Source of the DNA: an uncultured Nonlabens sp. | GTDB lineage: Bacteria; Bacteroidota; Bacteroidia; Flavobacteriales; Flavobacteriaceae | NCBI RefSeq assembly: GCF_947495285.1 | Contig: NZ_CANLXZ010000013.1 | Coordinates: 29,741-93,740, forward strand | Direction: 5' to 3' | DNA length: 64,000 bases | Shown here: piece by piece, positions 39,902-50,363 of the stretch | Numbering within the stretch: position 1 is the stretch's first letter | Layout of the letters: every line of letters starts with the position of its first letter | The notes under the pieces: generated by a model | What the model was told of the DNA's origin: nothing | What the model saw: the letters and a program-made list of their open reading frames with translations, nothing else | Database searches by the model: none | Position numbers and translations under genes: made by a program

Positions 39902-40757
39902 CTAATGGGTATCCACATTTATGACAGAAAGCAGCACCGTCTTGATGCTTTTTAGAGTGACAATTTTGACAAATTTGAGTGTTTACGTGTCTGTATTCAG
40001 GATCTTCTTTTAGTCTATTATTTTCTTTTTTACTCTGTGAATATTCTGCACTCACTATTCCTGTAGGAACAGCTATGATTCCATAACCCATAATCATGAT
40101 TAAAGTGGCAAGAAACTGTCCTAAAGGTGTTACAGGTGCAATGTCACCAAAACCTACCGTGGTTAATGTTACTATACACCAGTAAATAGATACTGGTATG
40201 CTTACAAAACCACTCTCAGGACCTTCTACTAGATACATGAGGGTTCCCATAATTATAGAAACTACCAGTACAGCAAATAGAAAAACGGCAATCTTAGGGC
40301 CACTAGATCGTATGGCTTTACTAAGCTTATCTGCCTCTCCTATGTAACGAGTTACTTTTAATATTCTAAATACTCTAAGCAATCTTAATGATCTCACTGC
40401 TAGTAGAGCGTTAAGTCCACCGAAGAAGAACGTTAAGTAAAGTGGTATAGTAGATAGTAAATCTATTATACCATAAAAGCTAAAAATATACTTAGCCGGT
40501 TTATTTATAGAAATCACTCTCAATATATATTCTATGGTAAAGAATATGGTAATGATCCACTCTGCAACAATAAATTCATCAGCATATTTTTTTCCATAGG
40601 CTGGGACACTTTCCATCATTACCAGCACAAGACTGATTATGATAATAACTAAGAGTATAATATCAAAAATCTTTCCTCCAGGCGTGTCTGCTTCATAAAT
40701 AACTTCATGAATTTTGCGACGCCATTTACTGGAAATATGTCTATCGTTCACAGCCAT
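39894..40757 (-). CDS. Voltage-gated-type K+ channel with a C-terminal Zn ribbon
   Basis: RSLRLLRVFRILK S4 segment, TTVGFGD filter and CQNC...FCHKC. Confidence 0.9.
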   Translation of the reverse strand: MAVNDRHISSKWRRKIHEVIYEADTPGGKIFDIILLVIIIISLVLVMMESVPAYGKKYADEFIVAEWIITIFFTIEYILRVISINKPAKYIFSFYGIIDLLSTIPLYLTFFFGGLNALLAVRSLRLLRVFRILKVTRYIGEADKLSKAIRSSGPKIAVFLFAVLVVSIIMGTLMYLVEGPESGFVSIPVSIYWCIVTLTTVGFGDIAPVTPLGQFLATLIMIMGYGIIAVPTGIVSAEYSQSKKENNRLKEDPEYRHVNTQICQNCHSKKHQDGAAFCHKCGYPLDE

Positions 40758-40760
40758 AAA

Positions 40761-43187
40761 TTAGCTATGCTTAGGGAATTTAGTTGGATTTACTTCATTC
40801 ATAATGTCATAAACTTTTTCAAAAACATCGTCTACACTAGGTTTTGAGAAGTAATCACCATCTGTTCCATAAGCTGGTCTGTGTGGTTTTGCGGTGATAC
40901 ACTGCGGTTTGCTATCTAGGTGTGGCCATGCATTTTGTATATCTACAATCTCTTGTAATATGTAGGAGCTAGCACCACCAGGTACATCTTCATCAATAAC
41001 TAATATTCTGTTGGTTTTCTTAACGCTTTCTAGAATTTCATGATTTAAATCAAATGGTAAAAGAGATTGTACATCGATAATTTCTACATCTATACCAGCT
41101 CTTTCTAATTCTATCGCTGCTTCATCCACTATTCTCAAAGTAGAACCATAAGATACTAGAGTAATGTCTTTTCCTTCTCTTAAAGTTTCTACTTTACCTA
41201 TAGGTGTTTTAAATTCTCCAAGATTAACCGGTAATTTTTCTTTTAATCGGTAACCGTTAAGGCACTCTACAACTAGTGCAGGCTCATCGCTTGCTATAAG
41301 AGTGTTATAAAAGCCTGCTGCCTGGGTCATGTTTCTAGGTACTAAAACATGAATACCACGCACTAGATTAATAATTCCACCCATTTGAGAGCCGCTGTGC
41401 CATATACCTTCTAGTCTATGACCTCTAGTTCTTATAATTACTGGAGATTTTTGTTTACCTGCTGTACGGTATTGTACCGTAGCGAGGTCGTCACTCATTA
41501 ATTGTAAACAGTAAAGTAAGTAGTCTAGGTATTGAATCTCTGCTATAGGTCTTAGTCCACGCATAGCTAGTCCTATCCCTTGACCTAGTATGGTAGCTTC
41601 TCTTATTCCAGTATCTGCCACTCTTAACTCGCCATACTTTTCTTGCATGCCTTCTAGACCTTGATTTACATCACCTATACGACCGGCGTCTTCACCGAAA
41701 ACCATAATTTCTGGATGGGTTGCAAATAATACGTCAAAGTTATCACGCATGATAAGTCTTGCATCTACATATTTACTAGTCTCGTCATAAATAGGGGCAA
41801 CAGTCTCTACGTTAACGGCGCTTTTTACAGACTCACTATGTAAATTACTGCTGTATTTTTCTTGTATTCTATTTTTATTTTCTGTGAGCCAGTTGTTTAG
41901 AGCTGTAATAGCGTCGTGCTTTTCTTGAAGAGTAAATCTTAAAGTTTTTCTTACAGCCTCAAAGATATCTTTGCGGTACGGTTCTTTTTCTGCTTTAAGG
42001 TTTTGAGCCAGTGGTTTAATAAACACACCATTAGAAGAAATATCTGCGACAGCATTGATAAGAGTTACAGCCTCATCGCGCTCGCTATTAATAGGATTTA
42101 AATAAGCATTCCATGCAGCTTTTTTTCCTTCTCTAACTTGTTTTTTTATAGATTTTTCCAGTTCAGAAAGTTCTTCTTCTGTCGCAAAATCATTATCGAT
42201 CAACCATTTTCTAAATTGAACGTTACAGTCATACTCGCGTTCCCATTTAAGACGGTCTTCATCTTTATAACGCTCATGAGATCCACTCGTACTGTGTCCT
42301 TGTGGTTGTGTAAGTTCGTCCACGTGTATCAATACCGGCACGTGTTCTTCTCTTGAAATTTTGCTTGCTTTTTCATAAGTGTCTACTAGAGCCACATAAT
42401 CCCAACCCTTAACCACCATAATTTCAAAACCATCATGCTGGTCATCTCTTTGAAAACCTGCTTGTATTTTACTTATACTCTCTTTGGTAGTCTGGTGTTT
42501 TGCATGTACTGAGATTCCATAGTCGTCATCCCATACACTTATTACCATAGGTACTTGTAGAACACCGGCAGCATTAAATGTCTCCCAGAAATGGCCTTCA
42601 CTTGTACTGGCATTACCTATGGTACCCCAGGCAACCTCGTTTCCTTTATTAGAAAAACCGTTGTCTGTAGCAATAAGTTCATTATTTCTATATACTTTAG
42701 ATGCTTGTGCTAGGCCTAATAATCTAGGCATTTGCCCAGCTGTAGGAGAGATGTCTGCACTAGAATTTTTCTGGTCTACCAGTCTTTTCCAGCTTCCATC
42801 TTCATTTAAACTATGCGTAGCAAAGTGTCCACCCATCTGTCGACCGGCACTCATGGGCTCATCATTAATATCGGTGTTTGCATAAAGCCCAGCAAAAAAT
42901 TGCTCTATAGTAAGTTCTCCTATCGCCATCATAAAAGTCTGATCGCGATAATAACCACTTCTAAAATCTCCATTTTTAAAAGATCTTGCCCATGCGAGCT
43001 GTGGTAATTCTTTACCATCACCAAATATTCCAAACTTAGCTTTTCCAGTAAGAACTTCTCGGCGACCTAAGAGACTACATTCTCTACTGGTTACCGCCAC
43101 CTTATAATCACTAATTAGTTCTTCTTTAAAGTCTTTTCTAGCTAGTTGTTGCTGTCCGTTAACTGAGTTTTGCATCATTTTTTCCAT
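40761..43187 (-). CDS. Fused 2-oxoacid dehydrogenase E1 alpha+beta (branched-chain type)
   Basis: YYRD, GNASTSEG TPP motif, FGEDAG..G, REATILG and AEIQYLDY motifs. Confidence 0.92.
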   Translation of the reverse strand: MEKMMQNSVNGQQQLARKDFKEELISDYKVAVTSRECSLLGRREVLTGKAKFGIFGDGKELPQLAWARSFKNGDFRSGYYRDQTFMMAIGELTIEQFFAGLYANTDINDEPMSAGRQMGGHFATHSLNEDGSWKRLVDQKNSSADISPTAGQMPRLLGLAQASKVYRNNELIATDNGFSNKGNEVAWGTIGNASTSEGHFWETFNAAGVLQVPMVISVWDDDYGISVHAKHQTTKESISKIQAGFQRDDQHDGFEIMVVKGWDYVALVDTYEKASKISREEHVPVLIHVDELTQPQGHSTSGSHERYKDEDRLKWEREYDCNVQFRKWLIDNDFATEEELSELEKSIKKQVREGKKAAWNAYLNPINSERDEAVTLINAVADISSNGVFIKPLAQNLKAEKEPYRKDIFEAVRKTLRFTLQEKHDAITALNNWLTENKNRIQEKYSSNLHSESVKSAVNVETVAPIYDETSKYVDARLIMRDNFDVLFATHPEIMVFGEDAGRIGDVNQGLEGMQEKYGELRVADTGIREATILGQGIGLAMRGLRPIAEIQYLDYLLYCLQLMSDDLATVQYRTAGKQKSPVIIRTRGHRLEGIWHSGSQMGGIINLVRGIHVLVPRNMTQAAGFYNTLIASDEPALVVECLNGYRLKEKLPVNLGEFKTPIGKVETLREGKDITLVSYGSTLRIVDEAAIELERAGIDVEIIDVQSLLPFDLNHEILESVKKTNRILVIDEDVPGGASSYILQEIVDIQNAWPHLDSKPQCITAKPHRPAYGTDGDYFSKPSVDDVFEKVYDIMNEVNPTKFPKHS

Positions 43188-43230
43188 TATCGCAAAGGTA
43201 CAATTTTAACCTGCGAGTTGCAATGCAAAG

Positions 43231-46056
43231 CTAATACCACCTTCTGGTAAAAAGTTTTACAAAAGTGTTAATGTCTAGAGTAACTATAAAACGTATTTTT
43301 TCGTCATATTTATCTTGTCCCATTTCCCAGCCATTATTACTGTAAACAGGGAAATACAGCTCAAAATAATCTTGCAAAAAATTTAAACGTATTCCAGAAT
43401 CATAGACAAATTTTGCATCGCGATCTCTGTTTTTTACAAACCCCACGTCTCCATAAACATGAATATAATTCCATAAACTGTACGATCCATTTACCGTGGT
43501 AATCCACTGATTTGCAAATGCTGGTTCTAATTGTGATTTAAAACCACCTTCGGCCACGATTAATTGTTGAGAGAATATACCGCTATCCTCAGATCTACCG
43601 TAGTAGTTGTAATCAAATAAATAGTCTGTAGGTCTATCTAGTGCAAAGGAGAAAAAATCGCCGTTAGATGCGCTATTGTTGGATAGAAAAGCACCAGCAA
43701 AAACTCTAAAATCTAGTTGTCTATTATTTTTAAATAACTTTCGCCATCGCAATCTGTATGTTGCTTTAGTAAATTTACTAGAGATTTCTGTTCCTATATT
43801 ATAATTAAATACGCGTTTTAAATTATTATCAGAATGTGAGAAATTTATGCTGAATACGTTGTAATCTGGCTCGTCTACTGGGCTTAATGGGTCTCGATCA
43901 CGGTCTACATAAATATTTCTAAAACTTAAGGACTGGATCTTATTACTACGTAAATCTTCAGGACGGTAACTAAATTGTAAAAAGCCGCTCGCACGTCGGT
44001 ACAATAGATCATCAGCATAAGAAAAGGTATTTGCACTCACTCCATACCTCACACGATACAGTCTTTCTTCTCGATTTTGAACAGGATGTGCATAGCTCAG
44101 ACTAATAGATCCCACCAGCTTGTTAGAGTTAGTCCCATATCCAGGTTTAATGCTATATCGCAATGGTTTAGGTAATAGATTTCCATTGTAAAATCTTGTT
44201 CCTAGAGTAAGACCGTCATAGATGTTAAATTCTATATCGGGCATTAAAAATATTTGAGAACGTTCTGGATCTTCCACATCTTTAAATAAACGGAATTCTA
44301 ACGGACGGTTCAATGAAGGGAATCCCTTTAGGGTCTTGTAATTATCACGTGGATTAAACTCGGTTATGAGTTTTTCATAGTTTATGGCTATTCTGTTAGC
44401 ACGCTTTCGCGAAAGCGAGATCACACTATCACCTCTCACACCTTCTATCCATCTCTTATCTATAATGCTGTTGTTATCTAGTAAATAGACAGGAATAGGA
44501 ATGTTAAGTTGCGACTTATTCTTGATTCTGAATGAAACGGAGTCTTTGGTTTTATGAACGTTTCTTATCGTCCAGTCCAGCTGTTTATGGGTAGTGATGT
44601 AGTCGTCAAAAAACCAGTTGACATCTTTGGGAGCGTCTTGTTGCACTATTTTTCTAAAATCAGAAACGTCTGTGTAAGCGTTATGATTTGCGGTGTAATA
44701 ATCTCTTATAGATTGTTCTAGGCTGCTGTCTTCTAGATAATCGTTTAAGAAATTTAGTCCTATGGCGGCTTTAAAAGGTATTCCTAATTGCTGATTGTAC
44801 TTTACCAGCTGGTCTGCAGGCGTGTTGACAGCCTCGTCCAGATTGCGTCTTGCGCTGTTAAGGTAGAGTAGTGGATAACTCTCGCTAAATTTGAGTTGCG
44901 TGACATTAAAACCTCTCAATCCCCATACATTACTAAGTTTACCACTTATTTTAAGATCTGGATAGTAAAGTTGCTGGTATTGCATCATTAAATACACCAT
45001 GATAGATTGTTGTATCCAGGCTTCTTTTCTAGGATTAACGTGTACACCGTTTTCTACCCATTTGCGTGTTAGTGCTTTGAGCATTTTAATTTCATAAGTA
45101 AAACCGGCAGGAAAAGGATTTATAAAACTAGGTAAAGAACTTAACCCATAAACTGGATTCTCTCGATAATAACGGTCGGATACAAAGACATCTTTTTCTC
45201 GATAATCACCCAGTCTAGTCTGAAGAAAGCTAGCAATTCTATCGTTAAAAATTACTTTCATTTCTAGAGGTACATCGCTGTCATCTATATCTGTGATAAT
45301 GTTAATGCCTGGTACACTGTAGGTTTTAAAAATATCGATGTCGTTGAGCACATGAAGAATAACACCACGATTATGGCTTGCTGTAAATAAATAACTATGA
45401 CGCGTGTCTGGTAACGCCTCTTGTGCAGTGGTAATATTACTTATCGCTCGATGTGTTGCTGGTATGTGTAGAGAGATCGAAAAATCCATGGGTGCGCCAT
45501 AGAAATCATCTAGATCTTTATGAGAATAATAATCCCATGCTCCATCTTTAAACGGTGCAGGGTGCAGATACCAGTGTTTTAGAGTGTATTCTCCTTTAGA
45601 ATTTTTTCCATAGCCGGTAAAATCGTCTTCTGGTATTTTAACCGTATAATTTAAATCTATGTTGCGAGTAGCGCCTGGTGGCAATGGCTCTTTAAAATAA
45701 AGTTTTATAATATCTTGTTGACCATCTAGTCGCTCGATGCGATAATGTTGATCAAAGTTAGAGTCTGTGGTGATAGTTGTTCTACCTCGCTCTTGATCAT
45801 TTGCAAACTGAAATTTGTTTTTAAAATCTTCGGCAAAGCGTGTTGCAAGCGGTGTTTGTGTAGAAGAAAATGCATTTGCCCAATCTAGAAGTATGATGTA
45901 ATCCCAGGCTGCATCGCTATCGTTATAAATTTCTAGATCTTGATTTATAGACAGCAAGTCTTTATCGCTATCTAGATGTGCGATAATGTCTGTTTTGTAC
46001 TGTGCGTGTAGGACACAAGTAAACAAAAGCAAAAGAAGAACTAGCTTTTTAGTCAT
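43231..46056 (-). CDS. M1/gluzincin-like protein lacking HExxH, with a probable C-terminal beta-barrel region
   Basis: Signal peptide and an M1-like N-terminal layout. The Zn-motif position reads KALTRKW...EAWIQQS; the last ~380 aa show amphipathic beta-strand alternation. Confidence 0.6.
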   Translation of the reverse strand: MTKKLVLLLLLFTCVLHAQYKTDIIAHLDSDKDLLSINQDLEIYNDSDAAWDYIILLDWANAFSSTQTPLATRFAEDFKNKFQFANDQERGRTTITTDSNFDQHYRIERLDGQQDIIKLYFKEPLPPGATRNIDLNYTVKIPEDDFTGYGKNSKGEYTLKHWYLHPAPFKDGAWDYYSHKDLDDFYGAPMDFSISLHIPATHRAISNITTAQEALPDTRHSYLFTASHNRGVILHVLNDIDIFKTYSVPGINIITDIDDSDVPLEMKVIFNDRIASFLQTRLGDYREKDVFVSDRYYRENPVYGLSSLPSFINPFPAGFTYEIKMLKALTRKWVENGVHVNPRKEAWIQQSIMVYLMMQYQQLYYPDLKISGKLSNVWGLRGFNVTQLKFSESYPLLYLNSARRNLDEAVNTPADQLVKYNQQLGIPFKAAIGLNFLNDYLEDSSLEQSIRDYYTANHNAYTDVSDFRKIVQQDAPKDVNWFFDDYITTHKQLDWTIRNVHKTKDSVSFRIKNKSQLNIPIPVYLLDNNSIIDKRWIEGVRGDSVISLSRKRANRIAINYEKLITEFNPRDNYKTLKGFPSLNRPLEFRLFKDVEDPERSQIFLMPDIEFNIYDGLTLGTRFYNGNLLPKPLRYSIKPGYGTNSNKLVGSISLSYAHPVQNREERLYRVRYGVSANTFSYADDLLYRRASGFLQFSYRPEDLRSNKIQSLSFRNIYVDRDRDPLSPVDEPDYNVFSINFSHSDNNLKRVFNYNIGTEISSKFTKATYRLRWRKLFKNNRQLDFRVFAGAFLSNNSASNGDFFSFALDRPTDYLFDYNYYGRSEDSGIFSQQLIVAEGGFKSQLEPAFANQWITTVNGSYSLWNYIHVYGDVGFVKNRDRDAKFVYDSGIRLNFLQDYFELYFPVYSNNGWEMGQDKYDEKIRFIVTLDINTFVKLFTRRWY
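44402..44417. repeat. 16-bp palindrome, exact, inside the M1-like gene (LSRKR)
   Basis: Read directly. Confidence 0.97.
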
Positions 46057-46183
46057 AATCTGTATAAGATTTGCTTTTGGTAGAATAAAAAATAATTTAA
46101 AATGAAGTTCAAGTCTAGTTATAAAATATCACAGGAGTTTCCTGTTTATATAACAAAGACTTGAACTTTTAATTGCAATAACC

Positions 46184-46873
46184 CTAGAAATTAGGACTCA
46201 GGCTGTATTTAGAATAGAACTCATTGATAATTTCAATAGCCTCGTCACTAGTATCTACTACATGTAGTAAATCAATATCTTGTGGCGAGATGGTAAAGAA
46301 CTTTTTATCAAGAGTAGATTTGATCCAGTCTAGTAAACCACTCCAGAAATCTGTACCTACCAGTATGATAGGGAATTTACCTATTTTGTTAGTTTGAATT
46401 AATGTAATTGCTTCAAACAGCTCATCTAGGGTGCCAAAACCACCTGGCATCACAACAAAACCTTGAGAGTATTTTACAAACATTACTTTACGAGCAAAGA
46501 AATAATCAAAATCAAGACTCTTATCATGATCGATATAAGGGTTATCATGTTGCTCAAATGGCAATGCGATATTAAGACCTACAGAGGTACCACCAGCTAG
46601 ATGAGCACCTTTATTACCAGCCTCCATAATACCAGGTCCACCACCTGTAATAACTCCATAACCATTATCCACTATTTTACCAGCAATCTCTGTCGCTAGT
46701 TGATAGTATTCATTATCTGGTTTTAATCTAGCACTACCAAAAATGGATACACATGGCCCGATACGACTCATGCGTTCAAATCCCATTACAAATTCAGATA
46801 ATATTTTAAAGGTTGCCCAGCTATCGTTAGTCTTTAAATCATTCCAACCTTTTTCTCTTATTTCTTTTCTCAT
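46184..46873 (-). CDS. LOG family (TIGR00730) nucleotide phosphoribohydrolase
   Basis: TGGGPGIMEA, YFFARK and PGGFGTLDE motifs. Confidence 0.92.
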   Translation of the reverse strand: MRKEIREKGWNDLKTNDSWATFKILSEFVMGFERMSRIGPCVSIFGSARLKPDNEYYQLATEIAGKIVDNGYGVITGGGPGIMEAGNKGAHLAGGTSVGLNIALPFEQHDNPYIDHDKSLDFDYFFARKVMFVKYSQGFVVMPGGFGTLDELFEAITLIQTNKIGKFPIILVGTDFWSGLLDWIKSTLDKKFFTISPQDIDLLHVVDTSDEAIEIINEFYSKYSLSPNF

Positions 46874-47061
46874 TATTAAACTTTAAGTTTTTATTGTAAT
46901 TTTCTAAATCTATAACTTCATAGACCTACTTACAAACATAACGACTATGCTTTTATAAATAATCAGTTTACTGTAAATTTTAGCAATTATTAATGTTGTA
47001 AAATCGTTGATTTCCCTCTAATTATTTTTAATATCGCAGTTCATGAATAGTATCTTTTAAA

Positions 47062-47661
47062 ATGTCAGTTTTAGAAAAATATCTTCCTAAACTTGCCACG
47101 GCACCATTAACTGCGTTATTGCAGCAAAATCAGGTGCATCTTAAAATTGTAAATGAGCGCAAGACCAGACATGGAGATTATCGTAAAAACCCAGACGGTT
47201 CTCATGCAATAACCATAAATTCAAATCTTAATAAATACCGGTTTTTAATAACCCTAGTGCATGAAATAGCACACCTAGTGGCGTTTCAAAAATATGGTAG
47301 ACAGATAAAACCCCATGGAGTAGAGTGGAAACATACGTTTCAAAAACTCATGCTTCCCTTTTTAAGGCCAGACATTTTTCCCAAAGATTTACTGCCTGTA
47401 CTAGCACGACATTTTAAAAACCCTAAAGCGAGTAGCGATACAGATGCAATGATGAGTGTCGCCCTAAAATCATACGACCCAGAAAGTGATAAAAGCTATA
47501 TCTTTGAAATACAAGAAGGGACTACCTTTTTAGGACCTAGCGGTAGAAAATTCCAAAAAGGAAGTAAATTGCGTAAACGCTACCGTTGTGTAGAAATAAG
47601 TACTGGAAAAGTGTATCTTTTCCAACCTAACGCGCAAGTAGAAGTATTAAAAACAATATGA
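47062..47661 (+). CDS. SprT-like metalloprotease-domain protein
   Basis: HEIAH and PHGVEWK motifs. Confidence 0.87.
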   Translation: MSVLEKYLPKLATAPLTALLQQNQVHLKIVNERKTRHGDYRKNPDGSHAITINSNLNKYRFLITLVHEIAHLVAFQKYGRQIKPHGVEWKHTFQKLMLPFLRPDIFPKDLLPVLARHFKNPKASSDTDAMMSVALKSYDPESDKSYIFEIQEGTTFLGPSGRKFQKGSKLRKRYRCVEISTGKVYLFQPNAQVEVLKTI

Positions 47662-48737
47662 ATAACAACAACTACGCAGTAATTATGGCTGGCGGTGTTG
47701 GTTCTCGATTCTGGCCAGTAAGTAAGCAATCTTTTCCTAAACAATTTCACGATATGTTAGGAATAGGTAAGTCACTCTTACAGATGACCTTTGATCGATT
47801 AAAGCATCAAATTCCAGCACAGCACATACTAGTATTAACTAACCATGCCTATGTAGACCTAGTAAAGGAGCAATTGCCCGACATGAACTTTGACAACATA
47901 GTTGCAGAGCCTGCTATGCGCAATACCGCTCCATGTATTTTACTGGCTGCTTTAAAGATTCAGAAAATGAACGCGCAGGCCAGTATGATAGTTGCACCTA
48001 GCGATCATTACATTGCCCAAGAGGACATCTTTAACGAAGACCTTAATACTGCATTTGATTTCTGTAAATTACATCCAGACGCGTTAATGACCTTAGGAAT
48101 ACAACCTACGTTTCCTAATACTGGTTATGGATATATTGAATTTAATAAGGAGGAAAGTGAGGTAAAAAAGGTATCTCAATTTAGAGAAAAACCAGATCTT
48201 AAAACGGCTCAAGAATTTATCGCTGCAGGTAATTTTTTATGGAATGCAGGGATTTTTATTTGGAATGTAGATAGTGTCGTTTCCGCTTTCGCGAAAGCGC
48301 AACCACAATTAACCTCTTTATTTAAAAATGGATTATCTGTTTTAAATACCAACAATGAAACACAATGGCTAGAAGAAAATTATCCAAAAGCCGATAATAT
48401 TTCTGTCGATTATGCGATCATGGAAAAAAGTGAAGACGTGTATGTATTACCTGCACGTTTTTCATGGAATGATCTAGGTACATGGGGCTCGCTTTATGAA
48501 AAACTAGATAAAAATGATAAGCAAAGTGCTGTAGTAAATGCGTCTGTGACAGAGATAGATTCTAGTAAAAATATGATAAGAACGGCAGCTGGTAAGAAGG
48601 TAATCGTTCAAGGGCTAGAAAATTACATAGTAGTAGATCAAGACGATGTATTAATGATTATCCCTATGACTGAAGAGCAGGAAATCAAACAAATACGTAA
48701 TAAAGCCATGGAAAAATATGGCAATAATATAGGTTAA
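47658..48737 (+). CDS. manC: Mannose-1-phosphate guanylyltransferase
   Basis: MAGGVGSRFWP..PKQF, EPAMRNTAP, FREKP and WNDLGTW motifs. Confidence 0.93.
   Translation: MNNNNYAVIMAGGVGSRFWPVSKQSFPKQFHDMLGIGKSLLQMTFDRLKHQIPAQHILVLTNHAYVDLVKEQLPDMNFDNIVAEPAMRNTAPCILLAALKIQKMNAQASMIVAPSDHYIAQEDIFNEDLNTAFDFCKLHPDALMTLGIQPTFPNTGYGYIEFNKEESEVKKVSQFREKPDLKTAQEFIAAGNFLWNAGIFIWNVDSVVSAFAKAQPQLTSLFKNGLSVLNTNNETQWLEENYPKADNISVDYAIMEKSEDVYVLPARFSWNDLGTWGSLYEKLDKNDKQSAVVNASVTEIDSSKNMIRTAAGKKVIVQGLENYIVVDQDDVLMIIPMTEEQEIKQIRNKAMEKYGNNIG
48284..48299. repeat. 16-bp palindrome, exact, inside manC (AFAKA)
   Basis: Read directly. Confidence 0.97.
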
Positions 48738-50182
48738 TGGAAGAGCAGAATGTGAATAAAGTAGACGAGAATCTACTCGAGGATAACAAACAAAAGATAA
48801 CCGGTATATGGGAGAATATTATGGAGTTTTTACACAATCTTCTAGATATACGTGAGGACTCTGACCGTCATGAAACCATAGACTCTGTAAGAAAGGATAT
48901 CTCTTTTCAAGGACACAATGCCTGGATTTTGATATTTTCTATCATGGTGGCATCTATAGGTCTTAATGCAAATTCTACTGCCGTGGTAATAGGCGCCATG
49001 CTTATCTCTCCACTTATGGGACCTATAGTAGGTATGGGATTAGGTACGGCTATTAATGACAGTAATATGTTGCGTCGTTCTCTTACTAATCTAGGTGTTA
49101 TGGTAGGACTATCGCTTCTTACAGCGACCTTGTACTTTTTTATCTCTCCTATTAAAGAGGCAGAAAGTGAGATACTCGCGAGAACTGCGCCTAACATTCT
49201 AGATGTATTGGTCGCTATATTTGGTGGTCTAGCGCTTATAGTTGCTAAGGCAAAAAAAGGAACTATTTCTAACGCCATTGCAGGTGTAGCTATTGCGACA
49301 GCCTTAATGCCGCCGCTGTGTACGGCAGGTTTTGGTATTGCAAATGGAGAATGGGGATTCTTTGGTGGGGCGATGTACTTATTTTGTATCAACGCTGTAT
49401 TTATTGCACTTACTACCTATGTGGTCTGTAAATTATTGCAGTTTCCTATGGTGAAATATGCAAATGAGGCAAAAAGAAAACGTACCTCTCGTATAGCGGC
49501 TCTAGTAGGTTTTATAGTTTTAGCTCCTTCTATTTGGTTTTTTATACAATTGTATGAAAAGCAAAAATTCATCATTGATTCAAAGAAATTTGTTCAAGAA
49601 AATATGATTTATGAAGGTACTCGAGCAACACCAGAATGGGATCAAGAAAAGAAACAGCTAGATGTGACTATTATAGGTAAAGAAGTACCAGAGTCGTTAA
49701 TCAATGACTGGAAAGCAAGATTTGCAAAAATAGACGGTTTTGAAGATAGTAAAATAGAGATTTATCAAGGTAGCCGTACGATTTTAAATTCAGGAAATGA
49801 GAATTTTGAAAAACTGCAAGAAGAGCGTATCAACGATATAAAGCAATTGCAAAATAAAGACCAGCGCATTATCGCTTTACAAAATGAGTTGAATATTTTA
49901 AATAGTAAAACTCAAAAAATAGAGATGATAAGTGAAGAGGCAGCATTGATCTATCCGCAATTATCTAGTATAGCACATGCCCATGAGATTAAGAAAGATC
50001 TATTAACACAAACCTATGACACCACAGACGTGTTTACGGTAAGTTACAAAGATTCTACCCTAACCGGTAACGATACACAGACCATGAAAAAAAACATGGC
50101 AAACTGGCTTTCTTACCGCATGAAGCCCCACAAAATTAAAGTCAACGAGTCTTTTCCTGTAATAGAAAAAACAGCGAAGTAG
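48737..50182 (+). CDS. DUF389 / TIGR00341 membrane protein
   Basis: SIGLNANSTAVVIGAMLISPLMGP and GVAIATALMPP motifs. Confidence 0.87.
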   Translation: MEEQNVNKVDENLLEDNKQKITGIWENIMEFLHNLLDIREDSDRHETIDSVRKDISFQGHNAWILIFSIMVASIGLNANSTAVVIGAMLISPLMGPIVGMGLGTAINDSNMLRRSLTNLGVMVGLSLLTATLYFFISPIKEAESEILARTAPNILDVLVAIFGGLALIVAKAKKGTISNAIAGVAIATALMPPLCTAGFGIANGEWGFFGGAMYLFCINAVFIALTTYVVCKLLQFPMVKYANEAKRKRTSRIAALVGFIVLAPSIWFFIQLYEKQKFIIDSKKFVQENMIYEGTRATPEWDQEKKQLDVTIIGKEVPESLINDWKARFAKIDGFEDSKIEIYQGSRTILNSGNENFEKLQEERINDIKQLQNKDQRIIALQNELNILNSKTQKIEMISEEAALIYPQLSSIAHAHEIKKDLLTQTYDTTDVFTVSYKDSTLTGNDTQTMKKNMANWLSYRMKPHKIKVNESFPVIEKTAK

Positions 50183-50193
50183 TAGGTAGTTGG

Positions 50194-50250
50194 TAGAAGT
50201 AAAAAAAAGCTCTCAAGAACTTTATTCTAGAGAGCTTTTTTTTACTTCTA
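50194..50250. terminator. Long bidirectional terminator at the left edge of the R-M island
   Basis: TAGAAGT-A8-GCTCTC...GAGAGC-T8-ACTTCTA inverted repeat. Confidence 0.85.
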
Positions 50251-50251
50251 A

Positions 50252-50362
50252 TTAAAGATAATGAATTCCTTTTTCTGCTGTTTTAGCGGTGTAAAGCGAT
50301 ACAAATTCTTTGTTATGTATGGCATCTTTGTAGGATGCTGCAACTAAGTATTTAATAGTTAC
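50252..50362 (-). pseudogene. Possible orphan 3' fragment of a displaced gene
   Basis: Start-less open frame VTIKYLVAASYKDAIHNKEFVSLYTAKTAEKGIHYL* ending directly at the terminator. Confidence 0.3.
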
Positions 50363-50363
50363 T

